Shown in pieces: positions 11,769-22,373 of a stretch of DNA of 64,000 nt. A model generated the notes under the pieces. The model saw only the letters and a program-made list of their open reading frames with translations. It was not told the origin of the DNA and ran no database searches. Within the stretch, counting starts at the first letter, position 1; each line of letters starts with the position of its first letter. A program made the translations under genes and the position numbers. The stretch comes from a bacterium (lineage in GTDB: Bacteria; UBA8248). Location of the stretch: assembly GCA_965221165.1 (NCBI GenBank), contig CBDCRP010000002.1:1184001-1248000 (forward strand), read 5' to 3'.

Positions 11769-12749
11769 CTAGCCCAAGAAAACGACGGCGCCGGCCGTGA
11801 GCATCACGTTCAGGATGGAGAGGGGCAGAAGCACCTTCCATCCGAAACCCATCAGTTGGTCATAGCGCAGGCGTGGCGTGGAGGCGCGCAGCCACATGAA
11901 GAAGAACATGAACGCCAGCACCTTGATCAGGAACCACACGACGGGCGGCAGCAGCGGCCCGCGCCATCCGCCGAGGAAAAAAGTCGCTCCCACCGCCGAG
12001 AGCGTAATCATGCTGCAATACTCGGCGATGGAGTAAACCGCAAAGTGCATGCTGCTGTATTCGGTATGAAAACCGCCGGTGAGCTCGCTCTCGGCCTCGG
12101 GCAAATCGAACGGCGCCCGGTTCGTCTCCGCCAGCATGCAGATGACGAAGAGCAAAAATCCCAGGGGCTGCAAGACGATGTAGGGCATCCCGGCCTGGCC
12201 CTCGACGATCCCCTTGAGGCTCAAGGTGCCCGAGATCATGACAACGCCCAGAAGCGACATGCCGAGCGAGAGTTCGTAGCTGATCAACTGCGCAGCAGAG
12301 CGGAGTCCCCCGATGAGCGGATATTTGCTGTTAGACGCCCATGAGCCGAGCACGATGCCGTACACGCCGATGCCCCCCATGGCTAAGATGTACAGGATGC
12401 CGACGTTCACGTCGGCCAGGACCAGGTCCACCTTCTGGCCGAGCACGGTCACGGAATCGCCGAAGGGCACCACGGCGAAGGCGGCCAGCGCCGGAATGAG
12501 CGTTATGGCGGGCGCCAGAACGTAAATCACCTTGTCCGCCTGAGCGGGAATGATGGTTTCCTTGAACATGAGCTTGATCCCGTCGGCGATGGGCTGCAAA
12601 AGCCCCGACGGACCCACGCGGTTGGGGCCCACCCGCACCTGTATAAGCGCGAACACGCGCCGCTCCATCCAGGTCATGTAGGCGGCGAGCAGCAAAAGCC
12701 CGCCGAAGCCCACGAGCACTTTCCCCAGAATGATGAGCAAAGAAACCAT
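11769..12749 (-). CDS. nuoH: NADH-quinone oxidoreductase subunit H
   Basis: [36 protein letters not shown]. Confidence 0.97.
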   Translation of the reverse strand: MVSLLIILGKVLVGFGGLLLLAAYMTWMERRVFALIQVRVGPNRVGPSGLLQPIADGIKLMFKETIIPAQADKVIYVLAPAITLIPALAAFAVVPFGDSVTVLGQKVDLVLADVNVGILYILAMGGIGVYGIVLGSWASNSKYPLIGGLRSAAQLISYELSLGMSLLGVVMISGTLSLKGIVEGQAGMPYIVLQPLGFLLFVICMLAETNRAPFDLPEAESELTGGFHTEYSSMHFAVYSIAEYCSMITLSAVGATFFLGGWRGPLLPPVVWFLIKVLAFMFFFMWLRASTPRLRYDQLMGFGWKVLLPLSILNVMLTAGAVVFLG

Positions 12750-15347
12750 CTATGCTCCCACCTCTTGGGGTTTCTCCGCCTTGCGCACCTGAATCTCCAC
12801 GCCCTGGCGGCCCGGCGCGCCGCCTGTGTTGAGGGCCGAGCCCCCATGCGCGCGCAAATAACCCTCAGGCGCGAAGGCGACGCCCACGGGCGCGTTCTTA
12901 TCGACGTGCGCAGGGAGTTGAACGGCCTCGCCGCCCACTTCGAATTCCACGAGTTCGCCGTCCTGGACGCCCAGGCTCCCCGCATCGCTCGGCGAGAGGG
13001 CGAGCGCGGCTTCGGGCATGTCGGCGAGATGATAGGCCGATGCCGCATAAGCCCCCGAGAGCCACAAGACGGGCGTCAAGAACATCCTGAGTCCCGGCTC
13101 TTGGGCCTCTTTTTCTGAAATCTGCGCGATCTGGTAGGCGCGCCGCCCCTCTCTCCTCAGATGCAGACCCTCATCGGGCATCCGTCCGAAGGCATTCGCG
13201 TAATCGCTAATCAGCGAGTGCGCCTCAATTCGAATCTTGTCCAGCGAGTTCGCCCGCATGGGCCGCTCCAACGCCTTGGCGATATCGGCGAAGGCCCGCC
13301 ACGCTTCGGGGACCATCTTGTCGATCATCGGCTTGAGCGCGCGCGGGAGAGCCTGCGCCCTGCGCTCCAGGTTCGTAACGCTGCCCGTTTCCTCATAAAG
13401 CGTCGGTGCGGGGATCACGACGTCGGCGTATTCCGCGCTGGCGTTTAAATGAGAAGTCTGCAGAACGACGAAATCGGCCTTCTCAAGCGCCCCGCGCGCC
13501 CGCGCGCCGTCTGGATGCTCCGCCACCGGGTCGCAGTCCAGAATATAAAGGCCTTTCAGTTCACCGCTTACGAGTCCATCGAGTATGCCGTTCGTATCTT
13601 TGCCGACTTGCGCGCTAAGCGGCTTTCCCCAGGCTTCCTCGCAGGCGGCGCGCACATCTTCATCCGACAAATCGCCGCCGGGCAGCGTCTCCGGGTGCAG
13701 ACCCATATCGATTGCGCCCTGCAAGTTCGGCGCGCTGGTGGCGAAGAGCATGTTGGCGCGGAGCAATAGTCCCAGGTTGATCGCCTCGGAAACGGCGACC
13801 TTCCCCGTCTCCCCCGGACCGGAGAGTATGCTCACGCCGCCATCGGCCACCAGGATCGCCCGGGCGGCGGCTATGAGATCATCGGGCGACACGTCCGCCT
13901 CTTCACACAGGCGGCTCAAGTCCACGGAATCGAGGAGCGCGGCGTAGTCTTCCACGTTCTCTCCTTCGGGTTTAGCGCCGCCGTCCACGAGGTATGTCGC
14001 CAGCGCGCGCAACGTCCGCGAGATGCCTCCCAGAACCGGCATCAGATGATGCACCCGGCCCTGAACGCGCAGGTCGATGCGCCTTTGGTTCACGTTGATG
14101 ATGACCGCGCGCGCCCGGTGCGCCTTTCTGATCTGAAGCGCGAGAATGGGATGCTGTCTGAACGGGTCGCTCCCCACGATGATGACGGCCTTCGAGCGGC
14201 CCAGTTCTTCGATGGAGCCCGCGCCGCCCACGCCGCCGAAAGCGGCGCTTTGTAAGTCCGTTTGCACGATGTCGCGCGTGTGAATCCGGCTGTCCAGGTG
14301 ATTGGTTCCCAGAACCGAGCGCATGAAGGCGCCGAACTGATACGCGGTTTCGTTCGTGGACGAAGCCCCGCCCAGACCGGCGATTGCGCCGCCGTCCGAC
14401 TGTTCCATAACAGCGCCGAAGCCTCTCGCCGCCTCGCCGATGGCTTCCGCCCAGCCGACGGGCGTCAGTTCGCCGTCTTTTCTGATCATCGGCTGGGTGA
14501 TCCGCCCTTCGCCGTGCGCCCCACTCCAACCGTAGCGCGCGACGTCGCAAATCCACGTGTCGTTCACTCTTTCGTTCTCCGCCGCCGTAACGCGCTTTAT
14601 CTCGCCATCTTTCGTCCAGACGCCCTGGCGGCAGCCCACGCTGCACAGGGTGCAGGGACCCTGGGTTTCCTGCATCTCCCACACGCGCGCGGTAAAACGG
14701 TATTTGTTGTCCGTGAGCGCGCCGACGGGGCAGATGTCGATGACGTTGCCCGAGACGACGCTCGTCAGGGGCAGGTCCTCATAAACGCCCACCTCGGTGC
14801 GGTCGCCCCGCTGCGCCCAGCCGAACTCCGCTCCGCCGTCTATCTCCTCGGTGAAGCGGATACACCGGGTGCAGTGCACGCAGCGGTTCATCTCGGGCTT
14901 GATGAAGGCGCTGATCTCCTTGTTTTCATAAATGCGCCTGAACTCGTGCGTCCTGCTGATCGCCTTGCCGTAGGCCATGGTCTGATCCTGTAAGGGGCAT
15001 TCACCGCCCTGATCGCATACCGGACAATCGAGCGGGTGGTTCTTGAGCAGGAATTCGAACACCCCCTCTTGCGCCTCGATGACGCGCGGGGTCACGGAAC
15101 TAATCACCATGCCCTCGGCCGCATACGTGGCGCAGGAGGGCTGGAGTTTGGGTATCGGCCGGCCGTTGCCGGCGTCTAGCACTTCCACGAGACAGGCCCG
15201 GCACTGGCCCACGATGGAGAGGTTCTTGTGGTAGCAAAAATGCGGAACGTGCGCGCCCATGCGGAGCGCGGCCTCCAGGACGGGCAGACCCTTGTCCATC
15301 GTAATGCTCTGATCGTTGAATACGAAGGTTACCTGCTCATTCGACAT
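12750..15347 (-). CDS. nuoG: NADH-quinone oxidoreductase subunit G
   Basis: PHFCYH...CRAC, NHPLDCPVCDQGGEC, RCVHCTRC...ICPVGAL, N7-type CTLCSVGC...WICD; molybdopterin-oxidoreductase-like C-terminus. Confidence 0.97.
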   Translation of the reverse strand: MSNEQVTFVFNDQSITMDKGLPVLEAALRMGAHVPHFCYHKNLSIVGQCRACLVEVLDAGNGRPIPKLQPSCATYAAEGMVISSVTPRVIEAQEGVFEFLLKNHPLDCPVCDQGGECPLQDQTMAYGKAISRTHEFRRIYENKEISAFIKPEMNRCVHCTRCIRFTEEIDGGAEFGWAQRGDRTEVGVYEDLPLTSVVSGNVIDICPVGALTDNKYRFTARVWEMQETQGPCTLCSVGCRQGVWTKDGEIKRVTAAENERVNDTWICDVARYGWSGAHGEGRITQPMIRKDGELTPVGWAEAIGEAARGFGAVMEQSDGGAIAGLGGASSTNETAYQFGAFMRSVLGTNHLDSRIHTRDIVQTDLQSAAFGGVGGAGSIEELGRSKAVIIVGSDPFRQHPILALQIRKAHRARAVIINVNQRRIDLRVQGRVHHLMPVLGGISRTLRALATYLVDGGAKPEGENVEDYAALLDSVDLSRLCEEADVSPDDLIAAARAILVADGGVSILSGPGETGKVAVSEAINLGLLLRANMLFATSAPNLQGAIDMGLHPETLPGGDLSDEDVRAACEEAWGKPLSAQVGKDTNGILDGLVSGELKGLYILDCDPVAEHPDGARARGALEKADFVVLQTSHLNASAEYADVVIPAPTLYEETGSVTNLERRAQALPRALKPMIDKMVPEAWRAFADIAKALERPMRANSLDKIRIEAHSLISDYANAFGRMPDEGLHLRREGRRAYQIAQISEKEAQEPGLRMFLTPVLWLSGAYAASAYHLADMPEAALALSPSDAGSLGVQDGELVEFEVGGEAVQLPAHVDKNAPVGVAFAPEGYLRAHGGSALNTGGAPGRQGVEIQVRKAEKPQEVGA

Positions 15348-15364
15348 CTATCGCCTCTCCCCCA

Positions 15365-16669
15365 TCACATCGCGGCGGGATACGGGCTGCCCAGCGGACA
15401 GCGGCCCAGAGAGATGTGCGCTTCGAATTCATCGTGAAATTTCGTCAAGAAAGCGCCAAACATCATGGCGCACGCATCCGAGAGCACGCAGATGGTGTTG
15501 CCCCGCATGTTGGGGTCTATCGACGCGAGCGTCTCCAAATCGTCGGGTACTCCCGCGCCCCGCTCCATTCGGGCGAGAATCTCGGACACCCAGCCGGTCC
15601 CCTCCCGGCAGACCGAGCATTGCCCGCAGGATTCGTGCTCGAAAAAGGCGGCGAGCCTGCCAGCGGCCTGCACCATGCACGTCGTCTCGTCCATGACGAT
15701 GACGCCGCCGCTGCCGCCCATGCTGCCCGCACGGGCGAGGGAGTCGAAATCCATCGTCACCTTGTCTTCATATACTTCCTTCGCGGTGAGGGCGGGCGCG
15801 CTCGCGCCGCCGGGAATCACCGCCTTGAGAGCAGCGCCGTTTCGCATGCCGCCGCAGTGTTCGTGAATCATCTCCTCGCACGTCAGGCCGAGCGGCAGTT
15901 CATAGAGGCCCGGCTTCGCCACGTGGCCCGAGACGCAGTACATGCGGGTGCCCGAGTTTTTCTCATCGATTCCGATGCCGGCGAACCACTCCGCCCCCTT
16001 GTTCACGATGTGGGGAAGATTCGCGAGGGTCTCCACGTTGTTGATGACCGTGGGCCGCGCATACAGACCGACCACCGCCGGAAACGGCGGCTTGAGGCGC
16101 GGATGCCCGCGCTTGCCCTCGAGCGATTCCAAAAGCCCGGTCTCCTCGCCGCAGATGTAGGCCCCCGCTCCCCGGTGGGTATAAATATCGCACGAAAAAC
16201 CGCTGCCCATGATGTTCTGGCCGACGTAGCCCTTCTCATAGGCTTCGGCCAGAGCCTTTTCCACCGCGCGCCAGGGGGCGACGAACTCGCCGCGAATGTA
16301 AATGTAGGCCTTTTCGATACCCACGGCGTAGCAAGTGATGAGGATGCCCTCGATGAGCTGGTGCGGGTCGCGCAGCATCAGTTCGCGATCCTTGAACGTA
16401 CCGGGCTCACCCTCGTCCGCGTTGACAGCCAGATATTTCGGCCCGTCCACCTGGGGCACGAAACTCCACTTGAGCCCGCACGGGAATCCCGCGCCGCCGC
16501 GCCCGCGCAGGCCCGAGGCCTTCACGAGTTCGATGACGTCTGCGGGTTCGACGCCTCCCAGGAGCTTCCGAATCGCCTCATAGCCGCCCGAGGCCTCATA
16601 GCCCGCGATATGCGGCGCATCGGGATTATCGAACCGGCCCATCACGATTTTTTCTAAAACCAACGCCAT
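15365..16669 (-). CDS. nuoF: NADH-quinone oxidoreductase subunit F
   Basis: GLRGRGGAGFP, NADEGEPGTFKDR, GAGAYICGEETG, ESCGQCSVCREG. Confidence 0.97.
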   Translation of the reverse strand: MALVLEKIVMGRFDNPDAPHIAGYEASGGYEAIRKLLGGVEPADVIELVKASGLRGRGGAGFPCGLKWSFVPQVDGPKYLAVNADEGEPGTFKDRELMLRDPHQLIEGILITCYAVGIEKAYIYIRGEFVAPWRAVEKALAEAYEKGYVGQNIMGSGFSCDIYTHRGAGAYICGEETGLLESLEGKRGHPRLKPPFPAVVGLYARPTVINNVETLANLPHIVNKGAEWFAGIGIDEKNSGTRMYCVSGHVAKPGLYELPLGLTCEEMIHEHCGGMRNGAALKAVIPGGASAPALTAKEVYEDKVTMDFDSLARAGSMGGSGGVIVMDETTCMVQAAGRLAAFFEHESCGQCSVCREGTGWVSEILARMERGAGVPDDLETLASIDPNMRGNTICVLSDACAMMFGAFLTKFHDEFEAHISLGRCPLGSPYPAAM

Positions 16670-16679
16670 CTTCAGACCC

Positions 16680-17279
16680 TCAGCCTTGGCCTTCGCCGTT
16701 TGGTTCTTCGGCGCCGGCCAGTGCGGGCGACGCCACCTCGTCCGCCCCGATGGGCGAGACGGACTCGCCCTTTTCCAGCGCGCTCAGGATATCGTTCATG
16801 ATCTCGGGCGTGACGCACTCGAAATAATCTTCGTTTACCTGCACGCAGGGAGCACCGCCGCAAGCGCCCAGGCATTCGACCGCCTCGATCGAGAATTTCC
16901 CGTCCGCGCGCGTGTGGCCGACGCGGCAATCCAGGCGGTTTTCAATCTCGCGCAACAGCCTGCCCGCCCCCATGAGGGCGCACGAGAGGTTATTGCACAC
17001 CTGAACGTGGTACTCCCCGATGGGCTGGGTCTTGAGCATGGTGTAGAAGCTCACCACGCCCCACACCTCCATGGGGGAGACCTCGAAAATCTCGGCCACG
17101 TGCTGCATCACCGCGCTGGTGATGAAGCCCGCCTGCTTCTGGGCCAGTTGAAGCGCGGGGATGAGCGCCGAGCGCTTCACCGGATATTTGGCGATGACGC
17201 GCTCGAGTTCCGCGCGGTTCTCGGGCGAGAAATCGAAGCGTTCTTCCTGCTCGGAATGGGGAAACCGTATCAACGCCAA
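16680..17279 (-). CDS. nuoE: NADH-quinone oxidoreductase subunit E
   Basis: VCNNLSC...ECLGACGGAP 2Fe-2S motif. Confidence 0.96.
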   Translation of the reverse strand: MALIRFPHSEQEERFDFSPENRAELERVIAKYPVKRSALIPALQLAQKQAGFITSAVMQHVAEIFEVSPMEVWGVVSFYTMLKTQPIGEYHVQVCNNLSCALMGAGRLLREIENRLDCRVGHTRADGKFSIEAVECLGACGGAPCVQVNEDYFECVTPEIMNDILSALEKGESVSPIGADEVASPALAGAEEPNGEGQG

Positions 17280-17303
17280 AACGAGGCCATCCTCTATTTC
17301 ACT

Positions 17304-18527
17304 CTAACGATCTATCTCGCCCAACACGATATCGATGCTGCCGATGGCGGCCACGACGTCGCCCATCAGCCCGCCCCGGGTGATCTCGGAGAGCGCGTGG
17401 AGATTCGCAAAGCTCGGCGCGCGCACTTTTACCTTATAAGGACTCGGGCTGCCATCGCTGATGATGTAATAACCAAGCTCCCCCCGGGGGGATTCGATGG
17501 CCTGGTACACCTCGCCCTCGGGCACGTTGTAGCCTTCGGTGAATATCTTGAAATGATGGATCAACGCCTCCATGTCGTGGGCCAACTGCTCCTTGGGCGG
17601 CGGCACCACCTTGGCGTTGTCCGCCATGAGGGGACCCTCGGGCATTCCCTCGAGTGCCTGAATGGCGATGCGCCGCGATTGGCGCATCTCGGCGATACGC
17701 ACCAGATACCTGTCCAGAATATCGCCCCGTTCTCCCACGGGAACCTCGAAGTCGAACTCCTCATATCCAGAGTAGGGCTCGTTCTTGCGTATGTCGTAGG
17801 GGACACCGCAGGCCCGGAGCAGCGGACCCGTAATGCCGAGGGCATAGGCCTGCTCGACCGTCATGGCACAAACACCCTGAGCACGCCGCCTGTAGATGGG
17901 GTTGTTCGTGAGAAGTTCCTCGTATTCGTCCACGCGATCGGAGAAGGGCTCCAGAAAATTCCGGCAATCCTCATAAAATGTCGGATAGGGTTCGCGCGCG
18001 ACGCCGCCCACCCGGAAATAGCTCGTCATCATGCGGACACCTGAGACTTTCTCGAAAATCTTGAGAAGTTGCTCGCGTTCTCTAAAGCAATACAGAAAGA
18101 CCGTCATCGCGCCCAGATCGAGCGCGTGGGTGCCGAGCCAGACGAGGTGGCTGTTCAGGCGCGTCATCTCCGCGAGCAGCACGCGCAGATATTTGCAGCG
18201 GCGGGGAACCTCCATATCCAGGAGCTTCTCGACGGTCAGAACGAAGCCTAAATTGTTCGACATCGGCGCCAGATAATCCATGCGGTCGGTCATGGGGAGG
18301 GCCTTGTTGTAGGTTTTCTCCTCCATGTTCTTCTCGATGCCGGTATGCAGGTAGCCGATGATGGGCTTGCACGAGAGCACCGTCTCGCCGTCTAGTTCGA
18401 GCACCACGCGCAGAACCCCGTGGGTGCTCGGGTGCTGCGGCCCCATGTTGAGCGTCATCGTCTCGGTCTGTATCGGACCGAGCATGTCGCTGTCGAGTGG
18501 GTCCGTGCGCTGCGCTTGCGTGGCCAT
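17304..18527 (-). CDS. nuoD: NADH-quinone oxidoreductase subunit D
   Basis: NMGPQHPSTHGVLR, MEALIHHFK, GSIDIVLGEIDR. Confidence 0.97.
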   Translation of the reverse strand: MATQAQRTDPLDSDMLGPIQTETMTLNMGPQHPSTHGVLRVVLELDGETVLSCKPIIGYLHTGIEKNMEEKTYNKALPMTDRMDYLAPMSNNLGFVLTVEKLLDMEVPRRCKYLRVLLAEMTRLNSHLVWLGTHALDLGAMTVFLYCFREREQLLKIFEKVSGVRMMTSYFRVGGVAREPYPTFYEDCRNFLEPFSDRVDEYEELLTNNPIYRRRAQGVCAMTVEQAYALGITGPLLRACGVPYDIRKNEPYSGYEEFDFEVPVGERGDILDRYLVRIAEMRQSRRIAIQALEGMPEGPLMADNAKVVPPPKEQLAHDMEALIHHFKIFTEGYNVPEGEVYQAIESPRGELGYYIISDGSPSPYKVKVRAPSFANLHALSEITRGGLMGDVVAAIGSIDIVLGEIDR

Positions 18528-18545
18528 CAATGGCTCCCGTGATCC

Positions 18546-19118
18546 TTATTCCGCCGCCTTGGGCTTGCCCGCGGGCGTATCCCTGAACGTAAACGCCACC
18601 GGCTCCGAAGATATATCGAAATCCTTGCGGTGGGGATGACCCTCGAACTCCTCGGGCGTGAGGATGCGCTCGAGATCGGGGTGTCCCTCAAAGGTGATTC
18701 CCAAAAGGTCGTACGCCTCGCTCTCATGGAGCCTCGCGCCCGGCCATATCCCGCAGACGCTGGGCATCGTCGGCTCGAGATCGTCCGCGCAGGGAGCTTC
18801 GATCCGCAAACGCCGCGATTTCTCGGGGTTCAGGAGCGAATAAGTCACCTTGAACCGGTAGGAAACCGGCAGTTCCAGACAATCCACCCCGCAGACGAAA
18901 CTCAGGAGCTTGTAACCTCTCTCATCGAGCAAGAATCGCGCCGCATCGAGCAAGGCGTCCGGCGCGATCTGGACGGATATCTGGCCACGATGCTCGCCCG
19001 CTCCGAGAAATCCCCCCCCGATTTTCGCCTGCAGCAAAACGAGGTCGGGGTCTTTTCTCTCGATCGGCTCCTCGGTCGGCTCTTCGACCTCCCCCTGCTC
19101 CCGCTCCTCTTCACTCAA
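18546..19118 (-). CDS. nuoC: NADH-quinone oxidoreductase subunit C
   Basis: ESEAYDLLGITFEGHPDLERIL...GHPHRKDF. Confidence 0.95.
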   Translation of the reverse strand: MSEEEREQGEVEEPTEEPIERKDPDLVLLQAKIGGGFLGAGEHRGQISVQIAPDALLDAARFLLDERGYKLLSFVCGVDCLELPVSYRFKVTYSLLNPEKSRRLRIEAPCADDLEPTMPSVCGIWPGARLHESEAYDLLGITFEGHPDLERILTPEEFEGHPHRKDFDISSEPVAFTFRDTPAGKPKAAE

Positions 19119-19230
19119 CGGCTTAACCCCTCATTACACAAAGGTTTGTTTCACTTCACGAAAAAGCGCTCACCCCGCCCCTGCGTCGACTATCACAACT
19201 CACATGGCGTGGGGAGCCTTCTCACATCAT

Positions 19231-19728
19231 CTAAAGCGAGGTGACGCCGGAATCCTCTCGGTAGAGCGTTTCATCCGCAATCTTCGCCTGCAGCTTCATG
19301 ATCCCGTCGATGAGCGTTTCGGGGCGCGGCGGGCAGCCCGGCACGTAGATGTCGACGGGCACGACCTCGTCCACACCCTGCACGAGCGCGTAATTGTTGA
19401 ATATCCCGCCCGTGGACGCGCACGCGCCCATGGAAATCACCCATTTCGGCTCGGGCATCTGATCGTAGATTTGCCGGAGCACGGGCGCCATCTTGCGCGA
19501 TACCCTGCCCGCCACGATCATCAAATCCGCCTGGCGCGGCGATGCGCGGAACACCTCGGCGCCGAAGCGCGAAATGTCGTATTTCGCCGCCGAAGTCGAC
19601 ATCATCTCGATGGCGCAGCAAGCCAGTCCGAAAAGCGCCGGCCACAGGCTGTTCTTACGCGCCCATTTGATGACGTCGGTCGCGCGGCCCAGGACCACCT
19701 GGCCTTCTAATTGTTGTTCTAGTCCCAT
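19231..19728 (-). CDS. nuoB: NADH-quinone oxidoreductase subunit B
   Basis: [27 protein letters not shown]. Confidence 0.97.
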   Translation of the reverse strand: MGLEQQLEGQVVLGRATDVIKWARKNSLWPALFGLACCAIEMMSTSAAKYDISRFGAEVFRASPRQADLMIVAGRVSRKMAPVLRQIYDQMPEPKWVISMGACASTGGIFNNYALVQGVDEVVPVDIYVPGCPPRPETLIDGIMKLQAKIADETLYREDSGVTSL

Positions 19729-20075
19729 TCAAGCGCTCCCCTGCGCCACTCGTATATCAGACTGGCCACCAGCAAAGCCATGAAAGGCAGAATCGCGAGA
19801 AACCCGTATACGCCCAGGCTTTTCAGGTTCACCGCCCACGGGTACAAGAAGATAGTTTCCACGTCGAAAACGATGAACAAAATCGCCACCAGAAAGAATT
19901 TTACGCTGAAACGCCCGCGCGCGTTCGATTGGGGCACGATGCCGCACTCATAGGCAAAGTCCTTCTCCACCGTGGACTTGCGCCTTCCCAATAGGAACGT
20001 CACGCCCAGGTTCACGATCGCGAACCCGACGGCCAGTGCTATCAGAATCAAAATGGGCAAATACTCTTCCGGCAT
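19719..20075 (-). CDS. nuoA: NADH-quinone oxidoreductase subunit A
   Basis: [27 protein letters not shown]; start taken at MPEEYLP. Confidence 0.95.
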   Translation of the reverse strand: MPEEYLPILILIALAVGFAIVNLGVTFLLGRRKSTVEKDFAYECGIVPQSNARGRFSVKFFLVAILFIVFDVETIFLYPWAVNLKSLGVYGFLAILPFMALLVASLIYEWRRGALEWD

Positions 20076-20140
20076 TTCCCGCCCCCACGGCGCTCGGACG
20101 CGCACTTTTCTCATGTCTCACAGGATATCTAACCGAGCGC

Positions 20141-20169
20141 ATCTTACGGCTGGCATCCCGTGGTGTCAA
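20141..20169 (-). promoter_or_regulatory. sigma70-type promoter of the nuo operon
   Basis: Minus strand TTGACA-17 nt-TAAGAT upstream of nuoA. Confidence 0.7.
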
Positions 20170-20381
20170 CAATTCGCCGCCCGGATGCGCCATAAACCGA
20201 AACCCGGCCCGGCTTCACCGGACCTATATTCCACATCGCCCCCTGCACTTGGATATTTTGGCGTTTTCTCGCCCTCGAAAATAGGGTATTTTGTATTGTC
20301 GCCATCTACCGCCCGGGAGAATGGCGCATCTGCACGAACACCCGAGGCGTCCTCCCGCGCGCGGGCATGAGGGTTTGAGCC

Positions 20382-21512
20382 ATGAACGAACCGAATCCAC
20401 TCACCAAGGCGCATCTCGACGCCTTGAGGCGCGATTTCGAGGAACTGGCCCAGCGGCAGGTGGGCTATCCCTGCAACCAGGATTACGACTACTCGGATTT
20501 GCTGCCCTTTCTGGAATACAGCCTCAACAACGTCGGCGATCCTTTTCACGACAGCAATTTCCGCAGCAACACCCATGAGATGGAGCGCGAGGTCATCGCC
20601 CGGTTCGCCTCTATGATGCGCCTGGAACAGGAGCAGGCCTGGGGCTACGTCACCTCCGGCGGAACCGAGGGCAACATGTACGGCATCTACATGGGGCGCG
20701 AACTCTTCCCGAACGGCATGGTCTATTTCTCGCAGGACACGCACTACAGCGTCCTCAAGATCCTGCGCGTGTTGAACGTGCGCAACATCATGATCAAGAG
20801 CAGCGAGAGCGGAGAAATCGACTACGAGGACCTCCACGAGACCATACGCATCCACCGCGATGCGCCGGTCATCTTCATGGCGAACATCGGCTCCACGATG
20901 AAAGGCGCCGTGGACGACGTGCAAATGGTGCGCGGCATCCTGGACGACCTGGCGGTCACGAACGCCTACATTCACGCGGACGCCGCCCTGAGCGGCATGA
21001 TTCTGCCCTTCGTCGAGGAGCCGCAGCCCTATGGCTTCGACGCGGGCTTCGACAGCGTCTCCATCAGCGGGCACAAGCTCATCGGCTGCCCGCTGCCTTG
21101 CGGCGTCGTACTGACGAAGCGCGACTATGTGGCGCGCATCGCACGCTCGATAGAATACGTGGGCGTACTCGACACCACACTGCCCGGCTCACGCAGCGGG
21201 CTGACGCCGCTCATGCTGTGGTATGCCTTCGAGCGCTATGGCCTTGACGGTTTTCGAGAACTCGTGGCGGAGATGCTGGCGATTGCCGCGTACGCGGTCG
21301 AATGCTTCAACGAGCGCGGCGTTCCCGCATGGCGTCACAAGAATTCGGTAACGGTCGTTTTTCCAAGACCCCCGGGCGAGGTTTTGCGCAAGTGGCAGAT
21401 CGCTCCGCTGGGGGACATCGCCCACATCATCACCATGCCGCACGTCACGCGCGAGATGATTAACGAGTTCGTCGACGACTGCGTGAAACTACAACACAGG
21501 CAAACAGCCTGA
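20382..21512 (+). CDS. hdc: PLP-dependent histidine decarboxylase-like enzyme (group II; HDC/serine decarboxylase clade)
   Basis: GYP...SLNNVGDPF, WGYVTSGGTEGNMYG, HYS, IHADAAL, PLP lysine in SISGHKLIGCP. Confidence 0.85.
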   Translation: MNEPNPLTKAHLDALRRDFEELAQRQVGYPCNQDYDYSDLLPFLEYSLNNVGDPFHDSNFRSNTHEMEREVIARFASMMRLEQEQAWGYVTSGGTEGNMYGIYMGRELFPNGMVYFSQDTHYSVLKILRVLNVRNIMIKSSESGEIDYEDLHETIRIHRDAPVIFMANIGSTMKGAVDDVQMVRGILDDLAVTNAYIHADAALSGMILPFVEEPQPYGFDAGFDSVSISGHKLIGCPLPCGVVLTKRDYVARIARSIEYVGVLDTTLPGSRSGLTPLMLWYAFERYGLDGFRELVAEMLAIAAYAVECFNERGVPAWRHKNSVTVVFPRPPGEVLRKWQIAPLGDIAHIITMPHVTREMINEFVDDCVKLQHRQTA

Positions 21513-21524
21513 GGAGGATTTTCG

Positions 21525-21917
21525 ATGAATCGAATCATCATCACGGTGCGGGACGAGGTCGGGGTTATCGCGGATATCAGCAAGGCGCTGGCCGATGAGT
21601 CCATCAACATAGAAGCCTTGAACACCGAGGTCGCAGGCGAGAAGGGCGTCGTCATTCTCACTACGAACGAGTCCGACCGCGCCCTGCACGTACTCAAGAA
21701 CGCGGGTTTTCGGGCCGTCTCCGATGAGGCTATGATCATCAGGCTGCGCGACGAACCGGGGGCTCTCGCCAAAGTGGCCGAGAAATTCAAGATCGCCGGC
21801 GTGAACATCCAGAGCATGCACATACTGAACCGCCATGCCGGCTATGCGAACGTCGCCCTGACCGCGGATGATGAGGCGAGAGCAAAAGCGCTGCTCGAGG
21901 ACGAGGACGTTCTCTGA
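21525..21917 (+). CDS. Tandem ACT-domain protein
   Basis: Two ACT-like repeats (DEVGVIADISKAL...INI; DEPGALAKVAEKF...VNI); GAGGAG RBS. Confidence 0.8.
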   Translation: MNRIIITVRDEVGVIADISKALADESINIEALNTEVAGEKGVVILTTNESDRALHVLKNAGFRAVSDEAMIIRLRDEPGALAKVAEKFKIAGVNIQSMHILNRHAGYANVALTADDEARAKALLEDEDVL

Positions 21918-22013
21918 ACATCCTCGCAAGAGGAATACCCAAAGCGCGGCCTCTAAAATTACTCCCCCCTTGAGAGTCGAGCATCTCCGGGGAGGAGAAT
22001 TTGCAATGGTTTT

Positions 22014-22041
22014 GTAGGGACAGGTCGCGACCTGTCCCTAC
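22014..22041. repeat. GTAG-type REP-like perfect 28-bp palindrome
   Basis: GTAGGGACAGGTCG|CGACCTGTCCCTAC is self-complementary. Confidence 0.75.
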
Positions 22042-22113
22042 GATTTCCGAATCCGCCATAGGCCGAACTGAAGGTTGCCGTCATTCCCTATTTGGAGCGT
22101 AGGGACCGCATAC

Positions 22114-22302
22114 AGGACTGTTGGAAATTCCCCGTTTTAGGGGGTAGAGGGGACACCCCTCTCGACTGGAAAAGCAACCCCCCTGTCCCCCCTTGTCAGG
22201 GGGGTAAAGGCGATGCCCCCCGACGAGGAGGTGGAAGAAAAGCCCCCCTGACAAGGGGGGTCGGGGGGTTATTCCCTTGACAAAGGCTTTTTCAACAATT
22301 CC
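22114..22302. mobile_element. Putative MITE-like element containing an internal inverted pair of C/G-run hairpins
   Basis: Imperfect terminal inverted repeats AGGACTGTTGGAAA ... TTTTCAACAATTCC; internal CCCCCCTTGTCAGGGGGG and its inverse CCCCCCTGACAAGGGGGG. Confidence 0.5.
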
Positions 22303-22373
22303 GATGAGGAAGCAATTGAAATGTCGTAAACGAGGATAACAGCAATCGGAATTCCTCCTTCTTCAGTCGGAAT

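Noticed and set aside
19140-19165. Rex-like operator in the nuoB-nuoC spacer
   Set aside because: Only one half-site (TTCACGA) matches TTGTGAA-N4-TTCACAA.
22092-22280. 62-aa ORF in the repeat patch
   Set aside because: It is a translation of the palindromic C/G-run element.
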